64,000 bases of DNA from Escherichia phage PE37: sequence record NC_054929.1, one strand, 5' to 3'. Below the pieces are notes generated by a model that saw nothing but the letters and a program-made list of their open reading frames with translations, did not search any database and had not been told where the DNA came from. Below, one piece after another: positions 18,409 through 28,441 of this stretch (position 1 is its first letter; every line of letters begins with the position of its first letter). Made by a program: the position numbers and the translations under genes.

Positions 18409-19428
18409 ATGAAAACTCGTTCTCAAATTGAAGATATGGTTCGTAATGCCAGCTATACTCGTGATGTTATGACATTTTTGTGCCAAAATAATTTAGACCC
18501 TGATAAAGTTAATCGTGATATTCACTTTAAATATATGAATAGCAGTGAATGGTTACGTCATTTTAGTAAAGCGGGATATATTACACAAATGACTGCTCGT
18601 GAGCAGCTCACCGATTTCTGTAAAACTATTGATTATAAAAATCCTCTATTTGTTCAAGGCGTTGGTCAAAGTAAGGTCGATTTATCATCTGGATTTTTCA
18701 ATCCAAATCATTATCGTATTGAATGGAGATTTATTGCTCTGTTCCGTAGACAATTAAAGCAAATTTTGTCTACTGCTAGTCGATTAAAAGGCTCTGATAT
18801 TAACTTAAAGAATCTGAAATTTGATGGTTATACTCTTCAGATGGAAGTAAGACCGTTAAAAGAAAATAATAGAACTGCACGAATTAGCTTTAAACCTAAT
18901 ACAAAAAATTCTCTTTCAATTTGTGAATGCCTTAAATCACAGTTGACAGAAGCATTTAAGTATATGGATGTTGTTGCTGCTGTTCAATCTAAGATTTTAC
19001 CTCGTTTTGAACGATTTAAGTTAGATACAACATCATATGAACTTGATATGATCGTTTCATTTAAATACGATTTTTTGAGAAAGGACGAAGTCCCGCAAGA
19101 GAAAAAGCAAGAAGTGCAAGATAACTTAAATTTATCTAATTACTCATCAAACGATCCTAAATTTTGGATGTATAGTTCAGGCAATAAAGATGCATGGAAA
19201 TTCAATAAAGTGAATTTTCTTCCTATTGAAAATCCGAGTCTTAAACCTGTTGAAAAATGGCACGCGGATGCGATTGGGAAGTCTATCAAGGCAGTAGATG
19301 ATGAACTCGTTAAAGCAACTAATGAAGTGTTAGAAGCTGAAAAGATGCTAGAAAAAGCTCAAGAAAAAGTCAAAAATCTCACGAAGCAACGTTCTAAACT
19401 GAACAATGCACTAAATGCACTGAACTAG
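18409..19428 (+). CDS. hypothetical protein with C-terminal coiled coil (tandem set B)
   Basis: ATG+SD; C-terminal coiled coil. Confidence 0.65.
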   Translation: MKTRSQIEDMVRNASYTRDVMTFLCQNNLDPDKVNRDIHFKYMNSSEWLRHFSKAGYITQMTAREQLTDFCKTIDYKNPLFVQGVGQSKVDLSSGFFNPNHYRIEWRFIALFRRQLKQILSTASRLKGSDINLKNLKFDGYTLQMEVRPLKENNRTARISFKPNTKNSLSICECLKSQLTEAFKYMDVVAAVQSKILPRFERFKLDTTSYELDMIVSFKYDFLRKDEVPQEKKQEVQDNLNLSNYSSNDPKFWMYSSGNKDAWKFNKVNFLPIENPSLKPVEKWHADAIGKSIKAVDDELVKATNEVLEAEKMLEKAQEKVKNLTKQRSKLNNALNALN

Positions 19429-19462
19429 TTTACTTTGCCACAAGGATGTGGTATAATGTTCT
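19420..19462 (+). promoter_or_regulatory. early promoter
   Basis: GTTTAC 19428-19433, 18 bp, TATAAT 19452-19457. Confidence 0.65.
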
Positions 19463-19485
19463 TACTTTCTACTGAGGAGATTAAT

Positions 19486-20487
19486 ATGACTCGTAACGAA
19501 TATATCAAATCATTCAATAGCGTTATTGATGATAAAGCTATACCGATGTTTGGCCAAAATAGCGTTCTTTCTATTATCAATCAATGGCTCAATAGTGTTG
19601 ATGCAGGTATTGTTTCTTCTGCTAAATTTATTCATGAAATTCGTAAAATTTCTAGCCGTGTAGATAAAGATAATATCAAGAAAACCTTTAAAGAGTCTCG
19701 TCTTCTTTCATATTTGGTTAATCGGGATATTCTTGGTAATTTTGGGAAAGAAATTAAACGAACCAAAGATGTAGTAGGATATAATTGGTTCGGTGATGTT
19801 AATTCTTATCATCTTAATAATAAAGAAGACCCTGAGAATATTTTTACTCGTCGTTGGATTAGTAATTTCAGACTTTTTAAAGGACAAATTCTAAAATCAG
19901 CTTCTAAATTATGTTATGGCGATTATCGTCAAATTCATCCTTTGGCTTCTGATATGATTATCGTAAAAGAATATGAGCTTGATGAAAATAAAGTAGCTAT
20001 TTTTGTGAATTATGGATTTTTTACACCAAACGCTAATCAAAAGAATATTAATAAATTTTTCTCAATTGCTAGTGATATAACTCGACAATTAGAGACTGCA
20101 CTACTTTGTATGGAAACAGTAGAAAATATTCATACATATCCTTTTAAGAATATATGCGGATGGGAAGGATATAAAATTGTAATTAGTCTTCGTGAAGTGA
20201 AATGTGCTTATTCACCTACTGATAAAGAAATTTACCAACAAAAATGTGATGAAATTGTGAATACTCCTAAAGAAGAAACTACCCTTGAGGAACTAATGGA
20301 TAATCTTGATGATTCACCTGAACCGGTAGAAATTCGTCCAGAAGTTATTGCATTAGAAAAAGCTTATAAAGAAGTTCTAGAAATTTCTAATAAAGCGCAG
20401 AAAGAATATGAGCAGGCTAAAAAGATTTGGGAAGAATCCGTTAATCGTCTTGATCGTCTTGAACAAGCTTTAAAGTTAATTAAGTAA
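19486..20487 (+). CDS. hypothetical protein with C-terminal coiled coil (tandem set C)
   Basis: ATG+SD GAGGAG; C-terminal coiled coil. Confidence 0.65.
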   Translation: MTRNEYIKSFNSVIDDKAIPMFGQNSVLSIINQWLNSVDAGIVSSAKFIHEIRKISSRVDKDNIKKTFKESRLLSYLVNRDILGNFGKEIKRTKDVVGYNWFGDVNSYHLNNKEDPENIFTRRWISNFRLFKGQILKSASKLCYGDYRQIHPLASDMIIVKEYELDENKVAIFVNYGFFTPNANQKNINKFFSIASDITRQLETALLCMETVENIHTYPFKNICGWEGYKIVISLREVKCAYSPTDKEIYQQKCDEIVNTPKEETTLEELMDNLDDSPEPVEIRPEVIALEKAYKEVLEISNKAQKEYEQAKKIWEESVNRLDRLEQALKLIK

Positions 20488-20539
20488 TTTAAAGCCAAGG
20501 ATGGCTCGGAGTATAAATCATTAACCAAGTGAGAAGAAC

Positions 20540-21466
20540 ATGAAAACTCGTAAACATTATATTGATTATTTTGACAGTCTTATTACTAAACACCGTAATT
20601 ATCAAATCGGACACAGAGCAGTAATCAATAATATTCTTCGTGATTTTTTAGACTATATTGGTTGGGAAAACCATATTTGTAAAGATACACAAAATGCGTA
20701 TTCACATTCTCTTGGTTCTTTGCTCGAGTGGTTCAAGCGTTCCCGATTACTATCTTCTGTGATAGCTGTTAATAATGTTAAAAAATTTATGTATCCAATC
20801 TACATTAAGACTAATGTATCAAATGCTAGTGTTGTTACATTTAATATTATTAACGACGTGAAAAGAACTTATTTAGAAGAATGGTTTTCTAAAGATAGTA
20901 AAGAAAAATTTGCTAGTGAATTTTCACACGAATTCAATAATAACGTAAATATGCTTTTTAAGCATTCTCGTAGACTGTTTTGTCATGGTGATAACCGTAC
21001 TATTAATGTGAATGTAAAAGACTGGGTTACGGCTAAATTTATTCCATCGTCCCAGAATGGACAATTTGAATTGTCAATTATCGTTTGCGCTCCGCATGAG
21101 ATATATAAAAATCTTCCGTATATGAAACCACGCGAAGCTAATAAACACAATGAAACTATTAGTTCTTTGGCTTATAATTTGCGCGTGTTATTATCTGATA
21201 TGGATGTAGTCAAATCCTTTGATGATAATACGAATTATGGTCTTTCACTGTTTGAAACTAAATTTGTTATTAAATTAAAGGACCCTAGTGAATTTAAACC
21301 TATACCAAAATCCAATCATGGAAATGATACTATGAAAGAAGAACGTGAATATCTCAATGTCCGTTTGACTGAAGTTGAAAAACAAATTGAAGAGCATACT
21401 AAAGTTCTTAAGGCTTTAACCGCCAAAGCAAATGGTTTACGTAATGCTATTGAGGTATTGAAATGA
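20540..21466 (+). CDS. hypothetical protein with C-terminal coiled coil (tandem set D)
   Basis: ATG+SD; C-terminal coiled coil. Confidence 0.65.
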   Translation: MKTRKHYIDYFDSLITKHRNYQIGHRAVINNILRDFLDYIGWENHICKDTQNAYSHSLGSLLEWFKRSRLLSSVIAVNNVKKFMYPIYIKTNVSNASVVTFNIINDVKRTYLEEWFSKDSKEKFASEFSHEFNNNVNMLFKHSRRLFCHGDNRTINVNVKDWVTAKFIPSSQNGQFELSIIVCAPHEIYKNLPYMKPREANKHNETISSLAYNLRVLLSDMDVVKSFDDNTNYGLSLFETKFVIKLKDPSEFKPIPKSNHGNDTMKEEREYLNVRLTEVEKQIEEHTKVLKALTAKANGLRNAIEVLK

Positions 21467-21852
21467 AAAAGCGTTTATTAGAAGACATTGCAGCTTCAAG
21501 TAATTCCAGTTTAATTAAAATTATTATGGCTGGTGAGGAAGATGATATGGAAATGCGTGGAAAGATTCACGGCTGCGACGATTTAGATTTTAAACCTCCA
21601 GCATGGGATGCTATTATGGCTATGGTTGAACGACGTGAAAGAGCTTCTAAAAACGTTCCTAATTGCCCTGAATGCGATACTGAACAAGTTCAATTGATTA
21701 ACTGGCGTAAACCAGAGCTTGAATATAAATGCCGTCAATGTAAACATAAATTCAGTAAGCATGCTCCGGAAATGGTTAAATTGCCTGACTCTACTGAGTT
21801 CTTTAAAGAACTTGTGAGTGTTCAACCAATGCCTAATAATATTTTGGATTAA
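21463..21852 (+). CDS. zinc-ribbon protein
   Basis: ATGA overlap; CPECD...CRQC. Confidence 0.55.
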   Translation: MKKRLLEDIAASSNSSLIKIIMAGEEDDMEMRGKIHGCDDLDFKPPAWDAIMAMVERRERASKNVPNCPECDTEQVQLINWRKPELEYKCRQCKHKFSKHAPEMVKLPDSTEFFKELVSVQPMPNNILD

Positions 21853-21854
21853 AA

Positions 21855-22097
21855 ATGACCAAGCGTAAAGAATATATGGAGGCTGCTGAAAAGGCAGTCC
21901 GTGAATTAGCAATAGCTTATTATAATGAACATGGTAAATTTCCTGATAGATACAGCGTGCTTAAATCTGCTTTAACTCGTTCATATAAAAATATGCTATC
22001 AGAAGTAAGTGATATTATATACAAACATAAAGAACAAACGGGCCAAAGTCTTGATTACGACGAGACTTTTAAACAAGTACTAGGAATTAAGGAATAA
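21855..22097 (+). CDS. hypothetical protein
   Basis: ATG; 80 aa. Confidence 0.55.
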   Translation: MTKRKEYMEAAEKAVRELAIAYYNEHGKFPDRYSVLKSALTRSYKNMLSEVSDIIYKHKEQTGQSLDYDETFKQVLGIKE

Positions 22098-22098
22098 T

Positions 22099-22362
22099 AT
22101 GTTTAAAGTATATGGTTATGATAGCAACATTCACAAATGTGTGTATTGCGATAATGCAAAACGTCTTTTGACCGTGAAGAAACAGCCGTTTGAATTTATC
22201 AACATTATGCCGGAAAAAGGTGTTTTTGATGATGAGAAAATCGCTGAGCTTCTGACTAAACTAGGTCGTGATACTCAAATCGGCTTGACAATGCCCCAGG
22301 TATTTGCTCCTGATGGAAGTCATATTGGTGGATTTGACCAACTGCGAGAATATTTTAAATGA
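22099..22362 (+). CDS. nrdC: thioredoxin/glutaredoxin NrdC
   Basis: 87 aa, MFKVYGYDSNIHKCVYCDNAKRL..., CVYC active site; matches T4 NrdC. Confidence 0.95.
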   Translation: MFKVYGYDSNIHKCVYCDNAKRLLTVKKQPFEFINIMPEKGVFDDEKIAELLTKLGRDTQIGLTMPQVFAPDGSHIGGFDQLREYFK

Positions 22363-22574
22363 TGCTCGAAGGAACTGACTATATTCACGATTACCGCGGA
22401 AGCGCGGTATATGTAGGTGATGAAGTTGCAGTTTATTATGGGTATGGAACTTTGATGACAGCAAAGGTTATTCAAATTAAAAATAATCGTGCTAAACTCG
22501 AAGTTTATTATTCTAATGATGAAAAGTCTATTTCTAAGTGGAAATACGGCGATTGTATGGTTAAATTGGGGTAA
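22359..22574 (+). CDS. hypothetical protein
   Basis: ATGA overlap; 71 aa. Confidence 0.5.
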   Translation: MMLEGTDYIHDYRGSAVYVGDEVAVYYGYGTLMTAKVIQIKNNRAKLEVYYSNDEKSISKWKYGDCMVKLG

Positions 22575-22576
22575 AT

Positions 22577-22747
22577 ATGATTTACGATATTAATGTATCA
22601 CGAGCTCCGTCAATGGTTACTATTCCAGCCGAAGAACTAGAACGTCTTCAGAAAATTGAAGAACTTCTTTGGGAAATTGAATGTGCCCTGCCATCAGGAC
22701 TAGAATCCTGGATTGATGATGAAGAACTTAATAAATTGCGAAATTAA
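22577..22747 (+). CDS. small hypothetical protein (56 aa)
   Basis: ATG after upstream stop; not in ORF track. Confidence 0.4.
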   Translation: MIYDINVSRAPSMVTIPAEELERLQKIEELLWEIECALPSGLESWIDDEELNKLRN

Positions 22748-22757
22748 TTGGTGAAAA

Positions 22758-23078
22758 ATGACTATTGAAAATAAATTAGATGTTGATGCAGTTCTGAGCG
22801 AAATCATTGAAGACCATGATGCATTTTCGGAAAACTATGATTTCGATTTTTCCGATTATCTTAAACCTGTCGAAATAGAAGACTGGGTGCAAGATGGTAA
22901 ATGTCAATATCGTCAGTGTGTTTACTTTAGTCCAAAACATAATGTACATGTGGCTGTAAATGAATCTCGGTTAGGTTCTTATCATTCTGACTGGTATTAT
23001 GCAGTTCCGACTGTTGAACTAGTCGAGCCCCATGAACGTGTAGTAACTCAGACAATACGAGAATGGATTACGCTATAA
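22758..23078 (+). CDS. hypothetical acidic protein
   Basis: ATG; 106 aa. Confidence 0.55.
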   Translation: MTIENKLDVDAVLSEIIEDHDAFSENYDFDFSDYLKPVEIEDWVQDGKCQYRQCVYFSPKHNVHVAVNESRLGSYHSDWYYAVPTVELVEPHERVVTQTIREWITL

Positions 23079-23201
23079 AACCTTGGTGGGCGGCTAGATG
23101 GGAAACTGTAGAGCCAGAGCCGGAAGAACCGGTTTACACTGATGAAGAAACAATATATAATGAACCAACGATAAATGACTTAATTGATATGGAGATGGGA
23201 C

Positions 23202-23687
23202 ATGATTACAGTAGATAAGTGGTTTAGAATTAATCGTGCTGATACAGGGCTGTGTAATTACTGGCCGGAACTTAGTGCAGGTACTGTCTTTAAAGTTCGT
23301 GAACTTGCAAAAGAATGTGAAGATGATATAGAGCCTGATACTGGAATTATTGAAATTGAACTTTCTGATGGAAAGATTATTAACATCTACGATAAGCCAA
23401 TTACGTATTGGTGCTTGTGGAATACTGAATCAGTAGAAAATGGCGAAATTGAAGAAGTTGTAGAGAGAACTAATCAAGTTGTTCAGAAGCCTAAAGCTGA
23501 TTTTCAAGGTGAACGTATTTCATACGCATTAGCTAAATTAGCTGCACAAGAAAATAACGATGGCTATGAAGGAAATTTGATGCAAGCTGCGGCAGAATAT
23601 ATTGAATGGCTTGAAACCCAAATTTCTTTTTCTGACCAAAAGATTCGGCAATATAAGCGATTGAATCAAATGTTTTACAATACTTGA
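23202..23687 (+). CDS. pin: probable protease inhibitor Pin
   Basis: position between nrdC and 49 as in T4; start 23202 vs 23184 uncertain. Confidence 0.5.
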   Translation: MITVDKWFRINRADTGLCNYWPELSAGTVFKVRELAKECEDDIEPDTGIIEIELSDGKIINIYDKPITYWCLWNTESVENGEIEEVVERTNQVVQKPKADFQGERISYALAKLAAQENNDGYEGNLMQAAAEYIEWLETQISFSDQKIRQYKRLNQMFYNT

Positions 23688-23728
23688 AAATAATAAATAC
23701 CCTTATCTATTTAAGGTAAGGGTTTATT

Positions 23729-24202
23729 ATGTTATTGACTGGCAAATTATATAAAGAAGAAAAACAGAAATTTTATGATGCACAAAATGGTAAATGTTTA
23801 ATTTGCCAACGAGAACTAAATCCTGACGTTCAAGCTAATCATCTTGATCATGACCATGAATTAAATGGACCAAAAGCAGGAAAAGTACGTGGATTGCTCT
23901 GTAATCTCTGCAATGCCGCGGAAGGTCAAATGAAGCATAAATTTAATCGTTCTGGCTTAAAGGGACAAGGCGTTGATTATCTTGAATGGTTAGAAAATTT
24001 ACTTACTTATTTAAAATCCGATTACACCCAAAATAATATTCATCCTAACTTTGTTGGAGATAAATCAAAGGAATTTTCTCGTTTAGGAAAAGAGGAAATG
24101 ATGGCTGAGATGCTTCAAAGAGGATTTGAATATAATGAATCTGACACTAAAACACAATTAATAGCTTCATTTAAGAAGCAGCTTAGAAAGAGTTTAAAAT
24201 GA
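23729..24202 (+). CDS. 49: endonuclease VII (Holliday junction resolvase)
   Basis: 157 aa, MLLTGKLYKEEKQKFYDAQNGKCLICQ..., matches T4 gp49. Confidence 0.95.
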   Translation: MLLTGKLYKEEKQKFYDAQNGKCLICQRELNPDVQANHLDHDHELNGPKAGKVRGLLCNLCNAAEGQMKHKFNRSGLKGQGVDYLEWLENLLTYLKSDYTQNNIHPNFVGDKSKEFSRLGKEEMMAEMLQRGFEYNESDTKTQLIASFKKQLRKSLK

Positions 24203-26016
24203 CAATTGAAAAAGAAATTGAAGGATTGATTCATAAAACTAATAAAGACCTTTTAAACGAGAATGCTAATAAAGATTCTCGTGTTTTTCCAACTCAACGG
24301 GACCTTATGGCTGGTATTGTGTCTAAACACATTGCCAAAAATATGGTCCCGTCTTTTATTATGAAAGCGCATGAAAGCGGAATTATTCATTTCCATGATA
24401 TTGATTATTCCCCTGCTCTTCCATTTACTAATTGCTGTTTAGTAGATTTAAAAGGAATGCTTGAGAACGGATTTAAGCTTGGTAATGCACAGATTGAAAC
24501 TCCTAAATCAATTGGTGTTGCTACTGCAATTATGGCACAAATTACTGCACAGGTTGCTTCCCATCAATACGGCGGAACGACTTTTGCTAATGTAGATAAA
24601 GTACTTTCTCCTTATGTTAAACGCACCTATGCAAAACATATTGAGGATGCAGAAAAATGGCAAATCGCTGATGCGTTGAATTATGCTCAATCTAAAACAG
24701 AAAAAGATGTATACGATGCATTCCAAGCTTATGAATATGAAGTAAATACTCTCTTTAGTTCAAACGGACAAACGCCTTTTGTAACAATTACATTTGGTAC
24801 GGGAACTGACTGGACTGAACGAATGATTCAGAAAGCAATTCTGAAAAATCGTATTAAAGGTCTCGGTCGTGATGGGATAACTCCTATTTTTCCTAAGCTT
24901 GTTATGTTCGTCGAAGAAGGCGTTAATCTTTACAAAGACGATCCGAATTACGACATTAAGCAACTTGCTCTAGAGTGCGCAAGCAAAAGGATGTATCCTG
25001 ATATTATTTCAGCTAAGAACAATAAAGCTATCACCGGCTCATCTATTCCTGTTTCTCCAATGGGTTGCCGCAGTTTCTTGAGTGTGTGGAAAGATTCAAC
25101 CGGTAATGAAATTCTTGATGGACGTAATAATCTCGGTGTTGTAACGCTGAATCTTCCTCGTATCGCATTAGATTCTTATATTGGAACACAGTTCAATGAA
25201 CAGAAATTTATCGAATTGTTCAATGAACGAATGGATTTATGTTTTGAAGCTTTGATGTGCAGAATTAGTTCCTTAAAAGGAGTTAAAGCGACTGTTGCTC
25301 CTATTCTTTACCAAGAAGGTGCATTCGGGGTTCGTCTTAAACCTGATGACGATATAATTGAGTTATTTAAAAACGGCAGAAGTTCAGTGTCTCTAGGATA
25401 CATTGGTATTCACGAATTGAATATTCTTGTCGGTCGTGATATTGGACGAGAAATTTTAACTAAAATGAATGCTCATCTTAAACAGTGGACTGAAAGAACC
25501 GGTTTTGCTTTTAGTTTGTATTCTACACCTGCTGAAAACCTGTGCTATCGCTTCTGTAAACTTGATACTGAAAAATATGGAAGTGTAAAGGATGTTACTG
25601 ATAAAGGCTGGTACACTAACAGTTTCCACGTTTCAGTAGAAGAAAATATCACTCCGTTTGAAAAGATTTCTCGCGAAGCACCATATCATTTCATTGCGAC
25701 AGGTGGCCACATTTCTTATGTTGAACTTCCTGATATGAAAAATAACTTAAAAGGTCTTGAGGCTGTATGGGATTATGCCGCACAACATTTAGATTATTTT
25801 GGTGTTAATATGCCGGTAGATAAATGTTTTACATGCGGAAGTACCCATGAAATGACTCCTACTGAAAACGGATTTGTTTGTTCTATTTGTGGAGAAACTG
25901 ATCCTAAAAAGATGAACACAATAAGAAGAACATGTGGTTATTTGGGAAATCCGAACGAACGCGGATTTAATCTCGGTAAAAATAAAGAAATCATGCATAG
26001 GGTTAAACACCAATGA
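24199..26016 (+). CDS. nrdD: anaerobic ribonucleoside-triphosphate reductase
   Basis: 605 aa uninterrupted ORF; C-terminal glycyl-radical and Cys motifs; matches T4 NrdD. Confidence 0.93.
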   Translation: MTIEKEIEGLIHKTNKDLLNENANKDSRVFPTQRDLMAGIVSKHIAKNMVPSFIMKAHESGIIHFHDIDYSPALPFTNCCLVDLKGMLENGFKLGNAQIETPKSIGVATAIMAQITAQVASHQYGGTTFANVDKVLSPYVKRTYAKHIEDAEKWQIADALNYAQSKTEKDVYDAFQAYEYEVNTLFSSNGQTPFVTITFGTGTDWTERMIQKAILKNRIKGLGRDGITPIFPKLVMFVEEGVNLYKDDPNYDIKQLALECASKRMYPDIISAKNNKAITGSSIPVSPMGCRSFLSVWKDSTGNEILDGRNNLGVVTLNLPRIALDSYIGTQFNEQKFIELFNERMDLCFEALMCRISSLKGVKATVAPILYQEGAFGVRLKPDDDIIELFKNGRSSVSLGYIGIHELNILVGRDIGREILTKMNAHLKQWTERTGFAFSLYSTPAENLCYRFCKLDTEKYGSVKDVTDKGWYTNSFHVSVEENITPFEKISREAPYHFIATGGHISYVELPDMKNNLKGLEAVWDYAAQHLDYFGVNMPVDKCFTCGSTHEMTPTENGFVCSICGETDPKKMNTIRRTCGYLGNPNERGFNLGKNKEIMHRVKHQ

Positions 26017-26483
26017 ATTATGATAGATTTTATCCTTGCGATTTTGTGAATGGTCCTGGATGCAGGACTGTTCTTTTCGTTACAGGTTGTTTGCATAAAT
26101 GTGAAGGGTGTTATAATAAATCAACATGGAATGCTAGAAATGGTATTCCATTCACTGGTGAAACACTAGAGCAATTAATTGAATGTTTGAATAATGATTA
26201 TATAGAAGGATTGACTATAACTGGAGGTGACCCTCTCTATCCTGATAATCGAGATGTTATTCATTGCATTGTTCAAACAGTAAAAAATCTTTATCCTAAT
26301 AAAAGCATTTGGTTGTGGACAGGATATAAGTTTGAAGATATTAAACAACTAGAAATGCTTAAATATGTTGATGTTATTATTGATGGGAAGTATGAGAAAA
26401 ATCTTCCGACCAAAAAGCTGTGGCGAGGTTCAGATAATCAGCGACTTTGGTCAAATACCGATGGGGTGTGGAAACATGATTAA
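26013..26483 (+). CDS. nrdG: anaerobic RNR activating enzyme (radical SAM)
   Basis: 156 aa; CxxxCxxC cluster GCLHKCEGC; ATGA overlap with nrdD. Confidence 0.9.
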   Translation: MNYDRFYPCDFVNGPGCRTVLFVTGCLHKCEGCYNKSTWNARNGIPFTGETLEQLIECLNNDYIEGLTITGGDPLYPDNRDVIHCIVQTVKNLYPNKSIWLWTGYKFEDIKQLEMLKYVDVIIDGKYEKNLPTKKLWRGSDNQRLWSNTDGVWKHD

Positions 26484-26597
26484 ATTGAATTACATTATGG
26501 ATACTATAAATGATATGATTTTTCATTTTGGTCCAGAATTTTATTCGCAATATAGTTTAGTGCTTATCAATGCTTGGTTAATCAATTAAGGGTAAAT

Positions 26598-26813
26598 ATG
26601 TATAAATTTCGTAAAGGTTTAGCTGATTTTCTTACAACTGTAACATTCTTTCTGTTTATGGCAGTTGGAGCTATTTTCCTTATTCCTTTTATTGCTATAT
26701 TTTTCGTGATTAGTTTGATTTCTCCAGAAAAAGGCTTATCTTCTAGTGAGTTCAATAAGCGTCTGGATAAAATTACTAACAAGCTGAATGCTGTTCTTGA
26801 TAAAAAGGCTTAA
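26598..26813 (+). CDS. small membrane protein
   Basis: ATG at 26598 after SD; single TM. Confidence 0.5.
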   Translation: MYKFRKGLADFLTTVTFFLFMAVGAIFLIPFIAIFFVISLISPEKGLSSSEFNKRLDKITNKLNAVLDKKA

Positions 26814-26815
26814 TT

Positions 26816-27127
26816 ATGATTAGTTTTGAGCGGTATGTAGTAGAGAGTTGGAATGGTTTTGATATGTTCGGTAATGACTATTATTTCTATGAATGTAGTC
26901 TGAACCCAAGCTTCTGGGCTGGACGTGAACAAGACCTCGAAGAAATCAACGCTCGTGCCGATTTGTTAGGTGAACTGCCTACTACTTATTTCACCTTTGA
27001 TGAATCCGGCTTCGTTATCCAGGTTTATTTTCCTGAAGAAAACTCTGGTGAGGATTCTGTTAATCCTCCTTATTGGGCTTATCAAGGAATTATTTCTCGT
27101 GGAACAAAACTCGAACTTAAAGAATAA
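26816..27127 (+). CDS. hypothetical acidic protein
   Basis: ATG; 103 aa. Confidence 0.6.
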   Translation: MISFERYVVESWNGFDMFGNDYYFYECSLNPSFWAGREQDLEEINARADLLGELPTTYFTFDESGFVIQVYFPEENSGEDSVNPPYWAYQGIISRGTKLELKE

Positions 27128-27128
27128 G

Positions 27129-27422
27129 ATTGAAGTCTATGGAATTCCAGATGAAGTAGGTCGTTGTCCTGGATGTCAATCAGTTACAAAACTTCTAAAG
27201 GAGCTCAATGCTCCTTTTACTTTCTATAAAGTTCTTACAAATAACGGTAAGATTGAGTATGATCGTCCGCTGATTGTATCTCTTGCTAAACGCGCTGGAT
27301 TCACATCTCTTAACATTCGTTATCCGGTCATTTTCATTAATGATTCTAGACAAAAGAACATTAAACACTTCAAAGAAACTCTCATTTCACTTGGATATGA
27401 TAGAGATATCATAGAAGATTAA
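27129..27422 (+). CDS. NrdH-like glutaredoxin
   Basis: CPGC redox motif near N-terminus; no in-frame ATG/GTG/TTG, so start (ATT 27129?) is uncertain. Confidence 0.5.
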   Translation: MEVYGIPDEVGRCPGCQSVTKLLKELNAPFTFYKVLTNNGKIEYDRPLIVSLAKRAGFTSLNIRYPVIFINDSRQKNIKHFKETLISLGYDRDIIED

Positions 27423-27423
27423 G

Positions 27424-27447
27424 ACGGGCCCTCTGGGCCTTTCTTTC
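27424..27447 (+). terminator. rho-independent terminator
   Basis: GGCCC-tct-GGGCC hairpin followed by T-rich tract. Confidence 0.6.
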
Positions 27448-27504
27448 TCGCATTCTGTATATTACCATTCTAAGCTATCGTTCCTTTCTTATCATTCCCT
27501 AAAA

Positions 27505-27556
27505 TATTTTTCACAAAGTTGTTTACAACGAGCTCAAACTGTGGTATTATTAACAC
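27505..27556 (+). promoter_or_regulatory. early promoter
   Basis: GTTTAC 27521-27526, 18 bp, TATTAT. Confidence 0.65.
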
Positions 27557-27580
27557 ATGAATTGCCTTTGAGGAATTGAT

Positions 27581-27763
27581 ATGGTTATGATTGATAAAGA
27601 AATTAAAAAGGGACAGTATTATCTCATTAATGGTAATGCTGTTCGTGTTACTCATGTAAATAGTTTTGAAGTTTGCTATATTATACTCAAGTTACATAAA
27701 CGCATGATTTGTGATCGTGCTGCATTTAGTTCAGTTGCTAAGGAAATTAAACTCCATGGGTAA
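27581..27763 (+). CDS. hypothetical protein
   Basis: ATG+SD GAGGAA. Confidence 0.5.
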   Translation: MVMIDKEIKKGQYYLINGNAVRVTHVNSFEVCYIILKLHKRMICDRAAFSSVAKEIKLHG

Positions 27764-28049
27764 AACGTATCGTCGTAAAGACTTGAAAGTTCGTGATTAT
27801 GACTATTTCGGAAAGCGTAAAGCTCCTGATGGGGTAAGTCATAAAGATATGGTTGAAAACATTTTTCGCTCAGATAAATGGCGTAGAATGAAAGGCATTG
27901 ATTCAGAAGTTAAAGATGAGCTAAATCGCCAATTACGTGGTGAAGTAAGAAAGTTGAAAAAATCAGTTTACATTGACGATGATTTTGATTATAATACTTC
28001 TCAACGAGTTGCTAAGCGCAAATCAAACGAGTGTTATCGTTACAGCTGA
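27756..28049 (+). CDS. basic hypothetical protein
   Basis: in-frame ATG at 27756; Arg/Lys-rich. Confidence 0.5.
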   Translation: MGKTYRRKDLKVRDYDYFGKRKAPDGVSHKDMVENIFRSDKWRRMKGIDSEVKDELNRQLRGEVRKLKKSVYIDDDFDYNTSQRVAKRKSNECYRYS

Positions 28050-28056
28050 GGAAAAT

Positions 28057-28188
28057 ATGAATATTAAACGAATGCTTTTTAAGCAAGGGCTATATACTTT
28101 AAATGTTACTCCAAAAGGCGATACAACTAAGTGGTCAGTAAATGACTGGATTAAATTTATTGATGAAAACGGTAACTGGAAAATTTAA
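28057..28188 (+). CDS. small hypothetical protein (43 aa)
   Basis: ATG+SD GAGGAAA. Confidence 0.4.
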   Translation: MNIKRMLFKQGLYTLNVTPKGDTTKWSVNDWIKFIDENGNWKI

Positions 28189-28389
28189 ATGAATCCTGAA
28201 TCTAAATTATCGCAACGAATTGCCGAAGCTCGTCGTCAGTTCTTTGAAAATATGATAGCCCAAGGTATTGATGACGAAGTTTTTCTGAACTGGTTTTGGA
28301 ATCACAAATACTCAAAATGCGCAGGAGCAATATTAATATCAGCTGCAATGATGTACGAAGGCTGGAAGGGTGCCAAACAGTTTAGCTAA
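28189..28389 (+). CDS. hypothetical protein
   Basis: ATG; 66 aa. Confidence 0.5.
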   Translation: MNPESKLSQRIAEARRQFFENMIAQGIDDEVFLNWFWNHKYSKCAGAILISAAMMYEGWKGAKQFS

Positions 28390-28407
28390 GGGCTTCGGCC
28401 CTTTTTG
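28389..28407 (+). terminator. rho-independent terminator (UUCG loop)
   Basis: GGGCTTCGGCCC followed by TTTTT. Confidence 0.85.
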
Positions 28408-28441
28408 GATAATAAAATTTTAATGTAATTGAGGATAATGT

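Noticed and set aside
23098-23183. Possible small ORF between 22758-23078 and pin
   Set aside because: No in-frame start codon with an SD could be identified; left unannotated.
24199-26016. Group I intron or homing endonuclease in nrdD, as in T4
   Set aside because: nrdD is a single uninterrupted 605-aa ORF and no intron-like structured insert is visible; the same holds for gene 43.
26970-27128. N-terminal extension of the glutaredoxin-like ORF in the track (start 26970)
   Set aside because: It overlaps the well-formed 26816-27127 gene in another frame and translates to a Leu/Ile-rich junk-like sequence; the real start must be near 27129.
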